DNA of 8,867 nt from Zygophlyctis sp. KS116 (Eukaryota > Fungi > Chytridiomycota): positions 1-8,867 of the forward strand of contig BAAFSQ010000363.1 of assembly GCA_054661495.1 (NCBI GenBank), in the 5' to 3' direction. This document shows, in pieces, positions 7,016 to 8,867 of the stretch (within the stretch, counting starts at the first letter, position 1; every line of letters begins with the position of its first letter). The position numbers were made by a program, and so were the translations under genes. The notes beneath the pieces were generated by a model, which worked only from the letters and a program-made list of their open reading frames with translations, searched no databases and was not told the DNA's origin.

Positions 7016-8055
7016 TCACTGAGAATTTACTACCCGAACTGAATCAAAGTAAGAGTGGTTCATGGCTTCTAAAGGTAGAATACGGTCTTGGTGATCATAT
7101 CGAAGTAATTTATCAAGAAAATCGAGCGCTTCATTAGAGCAATATTTTTGGTTTTCCGGAGTGATAAACTTTGACCAAGGTTTTCTAGGATATCTTTTCA
7201 AAATATCATCAAAATGTGAATCTAATTCGATATTATACTTTTCAAGGTATGCAAATAAATCATCCGTCCCTAAAACCTTTGCGATGGTGACTAATTGATC
7301 ATAATTATCTTGTCCATGAAAAAATGGTTCCTTTTTAAAAATCTTGATTTAGAAAATTTTGAAATTACCATGCTAGCAAACATACAACCCAAGCTCCACA
7401 TATCTAAAGAGTAATCATACTCTTGAAAATCAACCAGTAATTCAGGCCCTTTAAAGTATCGAGAAGCAACTCGTACATTATATTGTGTACCAGGATGATA
7501 AAATTCTGCCAATCCCCAATCAATCAACCTCAACTGCAATTTTAAAGTTGAAAAAACTACCTGCTTCTTTTCATGATCAATCATGACATTGTGCGGTTTG
7601 ACATCTCTGTGCATTATACCTCTTGAGTGGCAAAAGTCCAGAGCCTTTAATAATTCATAGATATAAAAGCGAATATCCAAGTCTGAGAGCCTTGGATACA
7701 ATGTTTTAAAATCTGTGTTATTAACATTTTCAAAAATCAATGCAGGAGTTTTAGACTGCGGATCCCTGACAATATCCAGTAATTGAATAATGTTTACCCC
7801 TCCAGACAAATTCTGAAGTATTTTAACTTCCCTTTTGATCTTTTTTTTCTTTATTGGCTTGAGAACCTTTATAACACATTTGGAATCTGCAGCTGTATTT
7901 ATCCCAAGAAAAACTTCAGAGTACTTTCCTCTTCCAACCTTTTTAATTATCTCATAATTATCCTGGGAATTCCAAGTGATTACAAGTGCATCATAGTCCC
8001 AGTATTCTTTTGGCTGAGAATCATTTACATGAGCATATCTCTTTGCAATTGACAT
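7016..8055 (-). CDS. CKA1: Casein kinase II catalytic alpha subunit, 328 aa; exons 8055-7561, 7533-7369, 7342-7016
   Basis: [84 protein letters not shown]. Introns 7534-7560 (27 nt, in frame) and 7343-7368 (26 nt). Confidence 0.98.
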
Positions 8056-8378
8056 TTTTCAAACAATTTTTTACGATTCAACACCTTCACCATGGCTGTT
8101 AAAATTATACCAACCTGTTTCAAGATTGATCACGAATTGAAGTAAAGACTGTTAGAGATTTTCATATTTGCATGAGTGATAAAGCGACAACTTCTTTTCG
8201 TAGGCTAGTGTCATTTTTGACACAACTAGTCAACTATTTTTCTTTAGAAATCATTGCTTTGAAATTAGAGTGTTTGTTCGAGATCATCGATGCTATTTAT
8301 TCAGACATTGCTCTAATTAACGGGAGAACTAAATGTTGATATTGTCCGGTTTCTGTAATAGATTAACATTTGTTTCGG

Positions 8379-8698
8379 ATGGTGGTAGCTCTCTTAATTT
8401 TTTGATAGCAAGGGCTATTCGTGCAAATAACAAAGAAAAATGAGCTGATGAATCTTAACGCAAGGACACTCAAATGTAAATCATCTTGGCTATCAATTAC
8501 TTTCTGGACCTATTCCCAAAATGATGGCCCCACTAGAAAAATTAATCTCAGGTAAAATTATTTGCTGGAAAAAGGAACGTTCTGCCATTTGTGCAAACAT
8601 TCAACACTACCTCACACGACCTTCCCCAAAGCTTTATCATGCGGAGAAGGATCCTCGATAAAATTTTTCAGTCCGTCACTGGGCGTAAGTTTAGTTAG
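8379..8698 (+). CDS. Tentative 90-aa hypothetical protein; exons 8379-8384, 8409-8551, 8575-8698
   Basis: Two GT-AG segments of locus-typical size (24 and 23 nt) give an open frame ending ...FIMRRRILDKIFQSVTGRKFS*. No family recognised, and competing models exist on both strands. Confidence 0.2.
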
Positions 8699-8766
8699 CC
8701 ATGAATAATTAATATCTTTCACTACACTTACAATTAATTGAAGCTGGTGGGGTGAAGTCGTGAGGT
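8609..8766. repeat. Imperfect inverted repeat, arms 8609-8634 and 8741-8766
   Basis: ACCTCAC(AC)GAC(C)TTCCCCA(A)AGCTT can pair with AAGCT(GG)TGGG(GT)GAAGTCGTGAGGT, about 22 bp with bulges, GC-rich relative to background. Confidence 0.4.
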
Positions 8767-8867
8767 TCACGGGTAATTTTCTCTTCAAGAAATTGGTGCG
8801 TATTTCATATAAAAAAAATTTCATGTTCTAAAAATTTCACGTTCTGAGTTCAATTCCCGAAAAAATT

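Noticed and set aside
208-8055. Alternative genetic code or stop read-through explaining the broken ORFs
   Set aside because: All interruptions resolve as introns, and TAA, TAG and TGA are each used as true terminators.
8600-8635. RNase P CR-I-like GGGAAGGTC on the minus strand
   Set aside because: No matching downstream CR-V/P4 partner found.
8741-8790. TPP riboswitch-like string on the minus strand (GAGA...TACCCGTGAACCT...CCAGC)
   Set aside because: It lacks the CUGAGA, UGAU and UAAU...GCG core elements; partial resemblance only.
8612-8824. 70-aa minus-strand ORF as a gene or start of a pseudogene
   Set aside because: No recognisable motifs, and stops in the continuing frame occur at roughly the density expected for AT-rich non-coding DNA.

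Overview
AT-rich, extremely compact eukaryotic DNA, almost certainly fungal (GAL4-type Zn2Cys6 cluster, Ctk3, Hst3/Hst4-type sirtuin). The 23-30 nt introns and a STRAD-like gene suggest an early-diverging, chytrid-like lineage (inference). The ORF track is fragmented by 21 GT-AG introns that I spliced by hand. Gene order: JMJD4-like JmjC gene (-, 3' end outside the window); RPL7/uL30 (+) with an intronic box C/D snoRNA guiding LSU rRNA Gm805; ATG12 (-, absent from the ORF track); STRAD-like pseudokinase (+, 8 exons); a 7-exon ~912-aa gene (-); CTK3 (-); CK2 alpha (-); and an unresolved ~800 nt at the right end. The standout is the ~912-aa gene: five separate ORF-track entries join into one frame encoding an Hst3/Hst4-like sirtuin, a Zn(II)2Cys6 cluster, a PKKRK NLS and a catalytically degenerate hAT transposase-like region. 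This looks like a domesticated transposase fused to a histone deacetylase and a DNA-binding domain.
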